This document shows positions 27,164 to 37,260 of a DNA stretch of 64,000 nt, piece by piece. The position numbers and the translations under genes were made by a program. Under the pieces are notes generated by a model. It was not told the origin of the DNA. It ran no database searches and was given only the letters and a program-made list of their open reading frames with translations. The stretch's first letter is position 1. Each line of letters opens with the position of its first letter. Location of the stretch: positions 8,245 through 72,244 of the forward strand of contig CAMWQN010000002.1 in the NCBI GenBank assembly GCA_947176385.1, in the 5' to 3' direction. The DNA is from an uncultured Rickettsiales bacterium. GTDB taxonomy: Bacteria > Pseudomonadota > Alphaproteobacteria > Rs-D84.

Positions 27164-28329
27164 AATTGCGTACAATTGAAAACTTAGACCTGCGTGGCAA
27201 ATATATATTGCTGCGCGATGACTTTAATGTACAAATCGTTGATGGCGTCATCACCGACGCATTCCGAATTGAACAGAGCATGCCAACCATTCGTGCCCTG
27301 AAAGACGCAGGCGCACGCATTGCAATATGCGCACACCTGGGGCGTCCAAAGGGCGAACGCAATATGGAATTTTCGCTGTCACCAGTTGCAAAATATATGA
27401 ACGTGCCGTTAATCCCGGACTGCCTGGACAAAGATTTCATGGCAAACATGCATGACGGGGACGTGGTATTGCTGGAAAACGTCCGGTTCTATGGCGGCGA
27501 AGAAAAAAATGACCCAGCATTTGCAAAGCGCCTGGCAGACGGGTTTGACATATTTATTAACGACGCATTTGCAGTATCGCACCGCGCACACGCCAGCACT
27601 GTTGGTGTTGCAGAAATCTTGCCGTCGTATGCAGGCAAATTATTGGCATCAGAAATTGAAAACCTGTCTGCGGTTATGGAAAACCCGACGCGTCCGTTAC
27701 TGTCAATCGTTGCCGGCAGCAAGGTTTCATCCAAAATCGGTGTCTTGAAAGCCCTGGCAAAATTATCAGACACATTGATAATCGGTGGTGCACTGGGGAC
27801 AACATTCAATTTCGCCCAGGGACACGAAGTCGGCAAATCTTTATATGAAGCAGATCAGAAAGACACTGCATTGGAAATATTGGCATACGCAGCCGAAAAC
27901 AATTGTCAGGTTTTATTACCATTGGACAAAGGTGTTGCCAAAGAATTTGCCCGTGATGCGAAACGTGAAAATCGTACGGTTGAAGAAATGAAATCTGATG
28001 ATGTTATAATTGATGCCGGAATCGAGACAACCGCCCGCAATATTGCAGAAATCAAAAAAGCCAAGACCGTAATCTGGAACGGCACAGTTGGTATGGCAGA
28101 ATGGGCACCTACATGGTCATATGGTTCATTTGCAATTGCACAAACCATTGCAGATGAAACACGCAAAGGCAATATCACCAGTGTCATCGGTGGTGGCGAC
28201 ACAGTTGCAGCATTGGAAGCATGTGGCGTAAAATCCGACATCACATACGTATCAACCGGCGGTGGCGCATTCTTGGAATTTATCGAAGGACGCACATTGC
28301 CTGGCATCGCAATATTGGAAGATAAATAA
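27160..28329 (+). CDS. pgk: Phosphoglycerate kinase
   Basis: RDDFNV.....I.D..RI....PTI......GA......HLGRPKG and the C-terminal STGGGA.LE..EG..LPG. Confidence 0.95.
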   Translation: MKLRTIENLDLRGKYILLRDDFNVQIVDGVITDAFRIEQSMPTIRALKDAGARIAICAHLGRPKGERNMEFSLSPVAKYMNVPLIPDCLDKDFMANMHDGDVVLLENVRFYGGEEKNDPAFAKRLADGFDIFINDAFAVSHRAHASTVGVAEILPSYAGKLLASEIENLSAVMENPTRPLLSIVAGSKVSSKIGVLKALAKLSDTLIIGGALGTTFNFAQGHEVGKSLYEADQKDTALEILAYAAENNCQVLLPLDKGVAKEFARDAKRENRTVEEMKSDDVIIDAGIETTARNIAEIKKAKTVIWNGTVGMAEWAPTWSYGSFAIAQTIADETRKGNITSVIGGGDTVAALEACGVKSDITYVSTGGGAFLEFIEGRTLPGIAILEDK

Positions 28330-28347
28330 AAACATAACTAAAACAAA

Positions 28348-28370
28348 AAATCCCGGCATCACCGGGATTT
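28348..28370. terminator. Bidirectional intrinsic terminator
   Basis: AAATCCCGG-catca-CCGGGATTT lies between the convergent pgk and autotransporter genes. Confidence 0.65.
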
Positions 28371-28385
28371 TATATTTGCCACATA

Positions 28386-30977
28386 TTAAAAATTATACCG
28401 CAGTTTCAGCATTCCTGTCTGGGACGTATAGTTTTGGTGTAAATCAATATCATAATTTACAGAAACCGTCAGCCCACGGTACAACACCGACAGCCCCATT
28501 CCAAATTCACCACCCAGACGTGATAATCTGTCTGCATTTACGATATATCCTGCGGCACCTGGTATCAGAACTGTTGCTGTCACGGCATCCGACACAAAAT
28601 CATATGTTGCGGCTGCACGCAATTCGGGGTGCAACATCAATGAACGCGTCGCCATAATATCAAACGTGTACTTTAACCCTGCAACCCCGGTCAAGAAATT
28701 GTTATCCGCAGGTTCAACATGGGCAATGCCATTATTATATCCATCCTGGGTTATATACAGATAACGCACCCCGACCGATGGCGTAACCCCAGACGCGAAA
28801 TCATAGCCTAATGCCAGTTGTCCACCGTATGAATCCACATCATAATCAGACGACATATGAACACCGAACAAATCTGTATGTTCCGTATAGTCTGCAAATG
28901 TATAATTAAGTGCACCATTTATAAACCACTGGTTCGGTTTATACTGGGCATATGCAAACAAAGTATCCGTTTTTATATCTGTTTTATGACCCCCGGCATG
29001 AACATCGGTATCACCATGCGCATACCCCAGTCCAAACATGTATTTACGATTAAATGTTGCATCAACACCGAATGCAGCCCCACGTGTATCCCCATGGAAT
29101 GCACCATTCATTTTGGACCGGTTGATTAAACCGTGTGCCCAGACACCGCTGCCGATTGTGACAAAGTCACCACCACTGCGCCCGGTCGCGCCACCCGCAA
29201 TACGTGATGCGACCAGTGACAAAACCTGATTCTGGACTGTTGTTGACACAGAATGTATTACAGGTTTATTAACAGGCGCAACCTTAGCCGTTTCGGCTTC
29301 GACATATTCAATGTCACCAGATGCCAGCGCATTCTGTGCCGCAATTGATACATCCGCCAGCGGTCCACCAACATTTACCAATCCCACCAATGCAGATGCC
29401 GCCGGCACAGACAATCCGATTTCAGACACCACCTGTTCCGATTTTTTGGCAGTAATAACAACGCCATCTGCGCCATTATTTGTAACATCAAACAACAAAC
29501 CTGCATTTATACGGTCAAAGTTATTATCAGATGTAAATATTTGATACGTGCCGGCGCATGCCACATTCAGATTCAATTCTGCATTGTCACCAAAGACAAC
29601 ATCACCAAACAACCGACCAAATTCACGCGCACTGATTACATCCGCATTCACGACGCCATTGATATTGATTTCAGACTGTTGAACAACACCGGTCCCCAGA
29701 TTCAAGACAGCACCATCAGACACTTCAAACGTGCCTTCGCCCAGCACACCGCCACCCAGTGTTGTTTCACCCCCAGATATTAAAATCGTACCATTATTAT
29801 AAATATCGTTAGCATTGTTGCCAACACGATTGCCAGAAAACACATTACGCCCAGCAAGTGTGATTGTTGCATTCTGTGCGTTATAAATTGCCCCGCCCTG
29901 CGCCGCGCTATAGTGATTTGCAAACACAGAATCTGTAATTGAAGCACTATTCTCTATTCCTACATGCCCACCGGTAAATTTTCCATTTTTTATATCTGCA
30001 TTATCCAATGTGATACCACGCGCGTCATCGGCAATATTAACATTACCGCCATTGACATTCAGATTATTCAAGCCCGTATAAAATGCCCCACCGTCGGCAC
30101 CATCAAAGTCTGTAATCCGTGTTGCATTCCACGTTGCGCCATCTGTCAATGTAACTGTCGCCTGATTAACATTTAATTTATTTATATCCGCAGGCTTTTT
30201 ATCATACCCCACAACTGTATTCCCAGTCCAATAAGAATCCGCCCCAGACAATACAACGTCAACCGTCGCATCAACCGATGTTCCAGATGTGGCCTGGTCA
30301 TAATTAAATTCTATATCGCCATTAATTTTTGTACTGTGCACGCCGGATTTATTAACAATCACCTGGGCACCGCCACGTGTTATAATCGCACGTTCTGCAC
30401 CATTGATAGAAACATCACCATCTAATTCAACGATACCTTCGCTGAATGCAAGAATAGCGTTCGGCGCATCAATATTAATTTTGTCACCTGTGATTTTAAG
30501 GCTGGCTCTGTCGTCCATACTGACGTTACCACCCAAAGTCTTATTCTGAACCCAAATTCCACCATAACCCGAATTTTTTATATTAATTTCACCCCCCGTA
30601 ATATTTATATGCCCATTCTGGTCAATCCAAACAGCCCCCATCGGGTCTTTATTACCACCCACCATACTGATTGTATCGCCAGTTATATTGACAGTCCCAC
30701 CACTGGCATAAATAACATCATATCGCCCACCCAATAAATCAATCTTATTCCCAATCAAATCCAGATTTCCATTTACCACATAAACAGCATCCGATACAGA
30801 CGAAAGCCCTAATTTTATATCATCAACATCCAATACAGAATGATTGCCATTTAATACAGTAACTATTTTCAATTGACCATTATTATATTTATCATTCAGA
30901 TTTATAACATCCGCCATTGCCGGCATAACCAACAATGCCAGTAACACAGATACGGCATACAAAATATTGTGGGACAT
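28386..30977 (-). CDS. Autotransporter adhesin-like protein
   Basis: Start placed at MSHNILYAVSVLLALLVMPAMA with AAAGGAG RBS; the ORF track begins at 31040. The passenger is Gly/Asn/Thr-rich and beta-helix-like with one GGAIYN motif. The C-terminal barrel ends in ..LKLRYNF. Confidence 0.8.
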   Translation of the reverse strand: MSHNILYAVSVLLALLVMPAMADVINLNDKYNNGQLKIVTVLNGNHSVLDVDDIKLGLSSVSDAVYVVNGNLDLIGNKIDLLGGRYDVIYASGGTVNITGDTISMVGGNKDPMGAVWIDQNGHINITGGEINIKNSGYGGIWVQNKTLGGNVSMDDRASLKITGDKINIDAPNAILAFSEGIVELDGDVSINGAERAIITRGGAQVIVNKSGVHSTKINGDIEFNYDQATSGTSVDATVDVVLSGADSYWTGNTVVGYDKKPADINKLNVNQATVTLTDGATWNATRITDFDGADGGAFYTGLNNLNVNGGNVNIADDARGITLDNADIKNGKFTGGHVGIENSASITDSVFANHYSAAQGGAIYNAQNATITLAGRNVFSGNRVGNNANDIYNNGTILISGGETTLGGGVLGEGTFEVSDGAVLNLGTGVVQQSEININGVVNADVISAREFGRLFGDVVFGDNAELNLNVACAGTYQIFTSDNNFDRINAGLLFDVTNNGADGVVITAKKSEQVVSEIGLSVPAASALVGLVNVGGPLADVSIAAQNALASGDIEYVEAETAKVAPVNKPVIHSVSTTVQNQVLSLVASRIAGGATGRSGGDFVTIGSGVWAHGLINRSKMNGAFHGDTRGAAFGVDATFNRKYMFGLGYAHGDTDVHAGGHKTDIKTDTLFAYAQYKPNQWFINGALNYTFADYTEHTDLFGVHMSSDYDVDSYGGQLALGYDFASGVTPSVGVRYLYITQDGYNNGIAHVEPADNNFLTGVAGLKYTFDIMATRSLMLHPELRAAATYDFVSDAVTATVLIPGAAGYIVNADRLSRLGGEFGMGLSVLYRGLTVSVNYDIDLHQNYTSQTGMLKLRYNF

Positions 30978-31169
30978 CTCTTCTCCTTTCTTGGCAATAT
31001 CAGCGTATTTCAGTGCACCCACAAACACAATAAGAACCAAATACTAAAAAACGCCCCACCTGGGGCGTTTAAATTTTGGTTGCGCACGGCGTGCAAATTT
31101 CGAACTGATTTATTGGAAATAAGACAAAAGATTGATGTGTTAAAAAATCTGCCACTTGTTCAAGTGATT

Positions 31170-31847
31170 TCATTCATATTTTTTAAGCAAATCTTTCCAC
31201 GCTTGCGGTGCATTAACTTCATCAAAGTAGGCATTCAAAAAACTAATGATTGTTTGATGTTTCTTTTCTGCATACTTGCGCCCTGGTTCGGTTAAACACA
31301 TATCGCGCAAATGAAATATTTTAACAAAGAAGTGATTTACACACGGATCAACCTTTGATTTTCTATACATCTCGGCATCCATTTCTTGCGGGAAACAATC
31401 CGGATCAAAGAATGTTTGACCGGTTCCAGCGCGATATTCAATACACCGCAAAATACCTGTGCACCCAGATGCATCGCACATATCCGCATCAGATACAATG
31501 GCACCTTCGATACCGTATGCCGCGATACCTTTTAACCGCTTGCTGAATCCAATAGTTTTTACAATATTGATACATTTTTCACAGAATTCAGCATCAAATC
31601 CAGAACCTGATAATATACGTTTGGTATTTGTCATCAAACGTTCTGATTCTTCGCCAAACAGCTTATAATCATCGCAATCATGCAATAAGGCAGCTGCTGC
31701 AACCAAATCACGATTAGCAGATGGAATTTCTTCACAGAATTTCATTGCCGTGTTATAAACGCGAAATACATGCTTGTCATCATGTCCATTAGAATTGGTT
31801 TTAAACAATTCAAATACTGCGTTTTTTATATATTCAATACCTGTCAT
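31170..31847 (-). CDS. HD-domain phosphohydrolase
   Basis: H..RV......, the ...LLHD.DD HD motif, and the overall pattern of HD superfamily metal-dependent hydrolases. Confidence 0.65.
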   Translation of the reverse strand: MTGIEYIKNAVFELFKTNSNGHDDKHVFRVYNTAMKFCEEIPSANRDLVAAAALLHDCDDYKLFGEESERLMTNTKRILSGSGFDAEFCEKCINIVKTIGFSKRLKGIAAYGIEGAIVSDADMCDASGCTGILRCIEYRAGTGQTFFDPDCFPQEMDAEMYRKSKVDPCVNHFFVKIFHLRDMCLTEPGRKYAEKKHQTIISFLNAYFDEVNAPQAWKDLLKKYE

Positions 31848-31916
31848 GTGGAACCTTTTCTTGTTGTATGGTATGCTGGCATAAAAATTTTACAATTCAT
31901 AGTTATTTTTAATAAG

Positions 31917-31951
31917 GTTCGAAAAACGGCAAAAAATGGAAATTTTCGAAC
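31917..31951. repeat. Palindromic element GTTCGAAAA..TTTTCGAAC, upstream flank of the GNAT gene
   Basis: A 9-bp inverted repeat with a 17-nt loop. A related element lies at 32557-32605. Confidence 0.6.
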
Positions 31952-32018
31952 TCTATGAAAATATTGCAAATGTAAGCACTGGGTATATAATACTTCATAT
32001 CAATAATAGGAATTTCTT

Positions 32019-32549
32019 ATGGATTTTGAAAAACATATTTATTGTGAAGATTTTGCACTGGTAAAGCTGGCGCCAACGGACGAAAATGCCGATGCTTTGT
32101 TGCGCGAAATCGATGAAAATCGTGAATTTTTGGGACGCTTTTTAGACTGGGTGGATGCATACACAAACATTGAAAAGACCAAGGCAAATATAGCAAAGTC
32201 TTATCCCATAGACATTTGTTCATACTTTATCATTGTTGACGAGAAAATCGCCGGCAAAATAGGCTTTGTTGATGTCGATGACAATATGGGGGAAATCAGT
32301 TATTGGTTGACACGCGAATACACAGGTCGTGGAATAATGACACGTGCGTTGAATTTGATGACCGATATCGGGTTTAATAAAATGGGTCTTAATCGCATTC
32401 AATTGACATTGGATGTTGACAATACGGGTTCAGACGCGGTTGCCCGTCGATGTGGTTTTAAATTAGATGGCGTTTTGCGTCAGTATTTTCTGTTACGCGG
32501 GGCGCCACGTGATATGAAAATGTATTCAAAACTCAAGACTGATGAATAA
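32019..32549 (+). CDS. GNAT-family N-acetyltransferase (RimJ/RimL-like)
   Basis: GEISYWL...YTGRG.MT.A...M.D.GF....L.RI.L..D..N..S..VA.R.GF..DG.LR. Confidence 0.8.
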   Translation: MDFEKHIYCEDFALVKLAPTDENADALLREIDENREFLGRFLDWVDAYTNIEKTKANIAKSYPIDICSYFIIVDEKIAGKIGFVDVDDNMGEISYWLTREYTGRGIMTRALNLMTDIGFNKMGLNRIQLTLDVDNTGSDAVARRCGFKLDGVLRQYFLLRGAPRDMKMYSKLKTDE

Positions 32550-32556
32550 CGCCTTG

Positions 32557-32605
32557 GTTCGAAAGTTAGTGAAATTTAGCAATGTTCAAAATCCTACTTT
32601 CGAAC
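32557..32605. repeat. Palindromic element GTTCGAAAGT..ACTTTCGAAC, downstream flank of the GNAT gene
   Basis: A 10-bp inverted repeat. It has the same GGTTCGAAA...TTTCGAACTC ends as 31916-31953 and is in direct orientation. Confidence 0.6.
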
Positions 32606-32746
32606 TCGACACAAAGCGTCTATGGTGAAACTGTAACAAGCCGACAGCATTACATTTGTCCCACCAGTGTCCCACGGCACACAAAAATAAAATCCGCCGA
32701 AGCGGATTTTTATCATACAACCAGTTGATTTTACTGATTAAATTCT

Positions 32747-32865
32747 TGGTTGGGACAGCTGATTCCCTCGGACTAACATCCTGCGGGGCAACCGTGACGG
32801 CTCGATTGTGCTTTGCTTATCTCGCCTACTTGTTGTCGAACCTTGGTTCTCACCTCATTACCCCA
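32747..32865 (-). other. 119-nt tRNA-Gln-related tRNA-like element of uncertain status (pseudo-tRNA or ncRNA)
   Basis: The 5' end TGGGGTA can pair with the 3' end TGTCCCA (including G-U pairs) and is followed by ACCA. It contains a GGTTCGAC motif. The 3' 20 nt match the tRNA-Gln 3' end. No valid T-arm or anticodon arm is present. It is followed by its own terminator at 32683-32712. Confidence 0.3.
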
Positions 32866-32904
32866 TAACCAAAATTAAAACGCCCACAAGGGGCGTTTGA
32901 ATTT

Positions 32905-32978
32905 TGGTTGGGGCAGCTGGATTCGAACCAACACTGACGGAGTCAGAGTCCGGAGTTCTACCGTTAAACTATGCCCCA
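32905..32978 (-). tRNA. tRNA-Gln (anticodon CUG)
   Basis: 74 nt. Acceptor is TGGGGCA/TGCCCCA, D-arm GTTT/GAAC, anticodon loop CUCUGAC, T-loop TTCGAAT, and the CCA is encoded. Confidence 0.85.
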
Positions 32979-33035
32979 AGTGCGCCTATTATATGAACAT
33001 TCTTTTTATATTTCAAGTCTTAATTTATAAATTTT

Positions 33036-33398
33036 CTACCGTTCAATACCTAATTCTTTTATCGCGGCACTTAACTGTGCAATCTTTTGACGCAATACCT
33101 TCTTTTGAAATGGCTTGAATGGATTAAATCCGCCCTGTTCCCAAAATGCGGTGCCATCGGTTACCCATTCGCCACCTTCGACAGCATGCAAGATATCCCC
33201 TGCACGCTTTTTAAATTCTGCCGATTTGGATTTAGCCGACGCATTTGCAATTACCTGAATTGCTGCATAATATTGTCCAATTAAACTTTCTTGACCGCTG
33301 TATTTATTTATAAGGTCACGCATCCCCAGCTTGAATTTTTTGACTGTTGGATTTTCAAATTTTGTTTTTGGTGTTGGAACCTTGCGCATTGCTGACAT
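33036..33398 (-). CDS. Hypothetical protein (120 aa)
   Basis: The ORF has a plausible start and no overlapping alternative. I recognise no motif. Confidence 0.5.
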   Translation of the reverse strand: MSAMRKVPTPKTKFENPTVKKFKLGMRDLINKYSGQESLIGQYYAAIQVIANASAKSKSAEFKKRAGDILHAVEGGEWVTDGTAFWEQGGFNPFKPFQKKVLRQKIAQLSAAIKELGIER

Positions 33399-33539
33399 AA
33401 TATCCCCTTGGTTATATTTCGTATATATTATAGCACATAACCGTGAAAAAACAAGCAGATGCCCACACAGGAAAACATACCGGGCAGTCTGAAACCACTC
33501 CTATAACTTTGTGCATATGACAAGTGATACAATCACAAT

Positions 33540-34694
33540 ATGCAAACAAAAAAAATTATTTCTGCGCTGGCATTGGTTGTTGGTTTGCTGGCTGCAAACA
33601 GGGCTGACGCCTGTACAGGTATCACCCTGAAATCCCAAGACGGTGGCACAGTCGTTGCCCGAACAATTGACTGGTCTGGCGCCGAAATGGATAACATGTA
33701 TGTAATTATGCCACGTGCAACAACACAAACATCACTATTGCCGAACGGTGTATCCGGCGGGATGCAATTCATCAGCAAATATGGATTTGTTGGACTGGCA
33801 GTTGAAATTCCGCAATTCGTTGTAGATGGCACAAACGAAGCAGGTTTGTCCGCCGCCCTGTTCTATTTCCCGGGCTTTGGCGAATACCCGGAATACAATC
33901 CAGCCGACAAAGACAAAAGTATTGCAGACTTTCAATTAGTATCATGGATACTGTCGAACTTTTCAACAATTGACGAAGTCAAGGCAGCAATCCAAGACAT
34001 CAGTGTCATAAATATTGACCGGCGTGCTGCAACAACACACTGGCGTATAACCGAACAATCCGGACGCCAGGCAATTTTGGAAATCGTCGATGGGGTACCC
34101 CACTTCTATGACAGCAAGGTTGGCGTATTAACAAACGCCCCAGGATATCCGTGGCACCTGACAAATCTGAACAACTATATAAATCTGACGTCTGGGACAA
34201 TGAATCCACATAAATTGGGATTTGGTTCAACAACCCTGAAATCACTCAGTAATGGTACAGGATTCCTGGGGATGCCGGGCGACATGACGTCCCCATCACG
34301 CTTTGTACGTGCTGCATTCTTTTCACAATATTCACGCCCGCAAAAATCAACATATAAAAGCGTAATGCAGGCATTCCATTTATTAAATAACTTTGATGTG
34401 CCAATCGGTGCCCAGTACGCAATTGATGACACCCCACCAAACATGCCATCAGCGACCCAGTGGACAATTGCGACAGACCTGAAGAATCACATCATATATT
34501 ACCATACAATGTATGATCGCACGATACGCAGAATTGATTTTAATGATATTGATTTTGCACGTGTTCCATACCAGGCACATCCATTGGATGAACACAACAC
34601 CCAAACAATAATTGACGTACCAATCAGCACAACCAGTAATATCCCGTCAATGAAAGAACTGGAAAAAATCGCCGAAAAAGTATTCAAGCGATAA
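33540..34694 (+). CDS. Secreted linear amide C-N hydrolase (choloylglycine hydrolase / penicillin V acylase family)
   Basis: The signal peptide ends ..NRADA, followed by the Ntn nucleophile CTGITLKS.DG..V.ART.DW. Length and motifs fit the CBAH family. Confidence 0.8.
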   Translation: MQTKKIISALALVVGLLAANRADACTGITLKSQDGGTVVARTIDWSGAEMDNMYVIMPRATTQTSLLPNGVSGGMQFISKYGFVGLAVEIPQFVVDGTNEAGLSAALFYFPGFGEYPEYNPADKDKSIADFQLVSWILSNFSTIDEVKAAIQDISVINIDRRAATTHWRITEQSGRQAILEIVDGVPHFYDSKVGVLTNAPGYPWHLTNLNNYINLTSGTMNPHKLGFGSTTLKSLSNGTGFLGMPGDMTSPSRFVRAAFFSQYSRPQKSTYKSVMQAFHLLNNFDVPIGAQYAIDDTPPNMPSATQWTIATDLKNHIIYYHTMYDRTIRRIDFNDIDFARVPYQAHPLDEHNTQTIIDVPISTTSNIPSMKELEKIAEKVFKR

Positions 34695-34787
34695 AAGACA
34701 TAACAAAACACCGCCCAAACGGGCGGTGGGTTTATTATTCCTATACACATACGGTCGTCCATCACATTTGGGTGCCGACATAGCATA

Positions 34788-36752
34788 TCAATCAATATCC
34801 ATATTATACACAGAATACACACTTCCATTATATTCAACATTCAACGCCTTTTTTCTGGATTCTGGTATCATATCACCATATAACACATGATTTCCATATT
34901 GTACTGACAAACTGGGGTGCGTGCGCCAGTCATTATGCAACCATACGGAATATTGTCCAAATCGCATAACCCGACCACAATCAGTCAAACTGTCGGCGCC
35001 ACGCCCATACCCGATTGTCATTAAATTATCCGGACACTTGTTACGTTTACCACTGTTACCATAATTTGTATAATTTATATCATTCCAATACCCAGGTCCA
35101 ACATTCGCGCACTGCGTCGCACGTGCCGTTGCCAAATACGTACCCGCATCACACTTTATCTGACATTCATTAATCGACTGCGGTGCTGTATTATCAGGTG
35201 CACGGTCAGCATAATAATCCGGACAATCTTGACAAGAATTCCCAGACGCATACTGTCCCATCGGACATACGATTTTGCCATCAATACACACAAAATCAGC
35301 TGGACAAACCGTACACACATCACCATCACGAAAATATCCGTCATTACACCGCCAGGGGCAATCGTTACCATCAGGACTGCCTGCACCAATATAAATTGCA
35401 TTTTCCGGTGCATTTGTACATGCTTTATTATACTTAAACCGCATATACTCCCCTAAATGTACAGCATTCGCCAGATATCGACCGACGGTATCTGTCTGAA
35501 CCCAGTAAATATCAGAGCTCCAATATCTATCTCCTTGCCATGGCAAATCTTTAGTATATACGCCATCAGGTGTTTCAAACAACGCCCCCCCTATCCTACA
35601 ATTGGCAGCGTTTGTAATAAGCCCACTAACAGAATATGTAGTCACCCTTAAATTGTCAGCATTAATCAGCCTGTCCTCAGATGGCAATACAGATTCCAGT
35701 ACACCAGCATCAAATTCAGGACACCGAAACATTGTATTATTATTGCAATAATTGGCACCAGTGCACACAGAACACATATTGCCATTCAACCAATATCCAT
35801 CAAAACAATTAATTTGTGTGCTGCCGGCGGGACAAGTTGAATTCTGCGGACAGACATCACACCGATTGACATTCTTATAAAATCCTGAAACACAATCAAA
35901 ATCCGTCACAGATCTGCACGTTGAATTTTCCACAGGACACATTTCGCATACGGCACCATTATCAAAAAAGCCCGGATTACAATTTGGTGGCATACCAGAA
36001 TCGCCCGACGCATACGATAGACATTGACCATCTGAATGCCAGAACAACCCATCCGGACATTTTTGTTCCTTGTGTCCGGGACATACAACACCATCGGGAC
36101 ATGGAACACATTCTGCACCCATTTTATAAAATCCGGGGGCGCAATATTGCATATAATTGCTAATTGTCGCGATACCATCTGGACAATAATATTCACCCGG
36201 ACACTGAAAACAATGGTATGAACTTTTATAATAACCTTCGATACACGTAACAGATGAAATCGTTGAACCAGCGGGACAATGCAATTCAGCCCCACAGTCC
36301 ATACAATACGTACCATTCCAATTATAATACAAATACCCAGCACCACAACTGATTAATTTTTCACCATCACAAACATGCCCAGCACAAGACCGACACATAA
36401 ACCCATCACGAAACCAGCCGTCATCACAATGAAATGTATCGGTCCCACCCACGCATGTTGCATTATTAACACATTGTGAACAAACACCGTTATATAAATA
36501 TGTTCCAGGCATGCACGAAAATTCTGTGGGTCCTGTACATGTGCTGTTTGGTGGGCATGCCAGACATTGGTTATTACCATCTGCATAAAATCCGTCATTA
36601 CAAGAATATGTTTCACCATCACATGTTGCGTTATACATACAGTTGACACAATTACCACCAGATAAATACTGATTCACATCACATGTTGCAGCATTGGCAA
36701 CACCACCTGCGCCCACCAACAACAGTACAACAGAAACCAACAGTCGTATCAT
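34788..36752 (-). CDS. Secreted protein made of furin/VSP-like cysteine-rich repeats
   Basis: Start placed at MIRLLVSVVLLLVGAGGVANA with AAGGGGA RBS. The ORF-track start at 36782 falls inside the leader terminator. Repeats have the form C..G.Y...G.C..CP.NSTC throughout. Confidence 0.8.
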   Translation of the reverse strand: MIRLLVSVVLLLVGAGGVANAATCDVNQYLSGGNCVNCMYNATCDGETYSCNDGFYADGNNQCLACPPNSTCTGPTEFSCMPGTYLYNGVCSQCVNNATCVGGTDTFHCDDGWFRDGFMCRSCAGHVCDGEKLISCGAGYLYYNWNGTYCMDCGAELHCPAGSTISSVTCIEGYYKSSYHCFQCPGEYYCPDGIATISNYMQYCAPGFYKMGAECVPCPDGVVCPGHKEQKCPDGLFWHSDGQCLSYASGDSGMPPNCNPGFFDNGAVCEMCPVENSTCRSVTDFDCVSGFYKNVNRCDVCPQNSTCPAGSTQINCFDGYWLNGNMCSVCTGANYCNNNTMFRCPEFDAGVLESVLPSEDRLINADNLRVTTYSVSGLITNAANCRIGGALFETPDGVYTKDLPWQGDRYWSSDIYWVQTDTVGRYLANAVHLGEYMRFKYNKACTNAPENAIYIGAGSPDGNDCPWRCNDGYFRDGDVCTVCPADFVCIDGKIVCPMGQYASGNSCQDCPDYYADRAPDNTAPQSINECQIKCDAGTYLATARATQCANVGPGYWNDINYTNYGNSGKRNKCPDNLMTIGYGRGADSLTDCGRVMRFGQYSVWLHNDWRTHPSLSVQYGNHVLYGDMIPESRKKALNVEYNGSVYSVYNMDID

Positions 36753-37020
36753 CAAAATCCCCTTGTAAAAAAAGACCGTCATCAGAACACGACGGTCGGG
36801 GTGGTTCGAAAATCATCTTATCATTGATTCTGTCAGTCTTTCGGCGGAACCGTGTTTTATAACCGACAGCCCCCCGACTGAGATAGTCAGGGATAAATAA
36901 CGATACAAAGTCACAGGAAATTATTGGAATAACGATGACCTATGCTTTTGCACCGGATAAGAATAGCCTTCGACAGCCCCGAACCTGTGTCCCCACAAGT
37001 TCGTTTAAATAATAACATAA
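36753..37020 (-). promoter_or_regulatory. Structured 5' leader L4, homologous to 25859-26118
   Basis: P1 is TCGAA/TTCGA. X1:X' is CCCTGACT with AGTCGGGGGG. X2 CCACCCCGACC overlaps the terminator GACCGTC-N10-GACGGTC plus U-tract. Confidence 0.65.
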
Positions 37021-37104
37021 ATCATGATGGTCGTCCACCACATTTGTGTGGAGATAGATTTTTTAACGACAATGCGTTTTTCATGCGATGGACAACCATA
37101 AGAA

Positions 37105-37260
37105 CAAAAAAATGCCACCTAAAAAAACACAGGCGGCTGGAGGTTGAGACCAATAATCAAGTAGTATTGTCGGTTTATTCAATATATTCACCGAACTCCA
37201 ACCAGTGTTGGATTACAATATCCGCAATGCGGATACGACTTGATATGGGGTCTCAATCCC
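37105..37260 (-). promoter_or_regulatory. Structured leader module C3, stacked upstream of L4
   Basis: P1 is TTGAGACC (37256->37249) paired with GGTCTCAA (37151->37144). The hairpin is CCAAC-ACTG-GTTGG. X2 CCTCCAGCC (37143->37135) overlaps the terminator GCCGCCT-N10-AGGTGGC plus U-tract. Confidence 0.55.

Noticed and set aside
32747-32865. tmRNA (including a permuted two-piece form) or SRP RNA assignment for the tRNA-like element
   Set aside because: There is no tag reading frame ending in a hydrophobic A-A-stop. There is no intact T-arm. The putative SRP helix-8-like segment (GTCCGAGGGAATCAGC) lacks the GNRA tetraloop and the conserved loop bases. It is kept only as an unexplained tRNA-like element.
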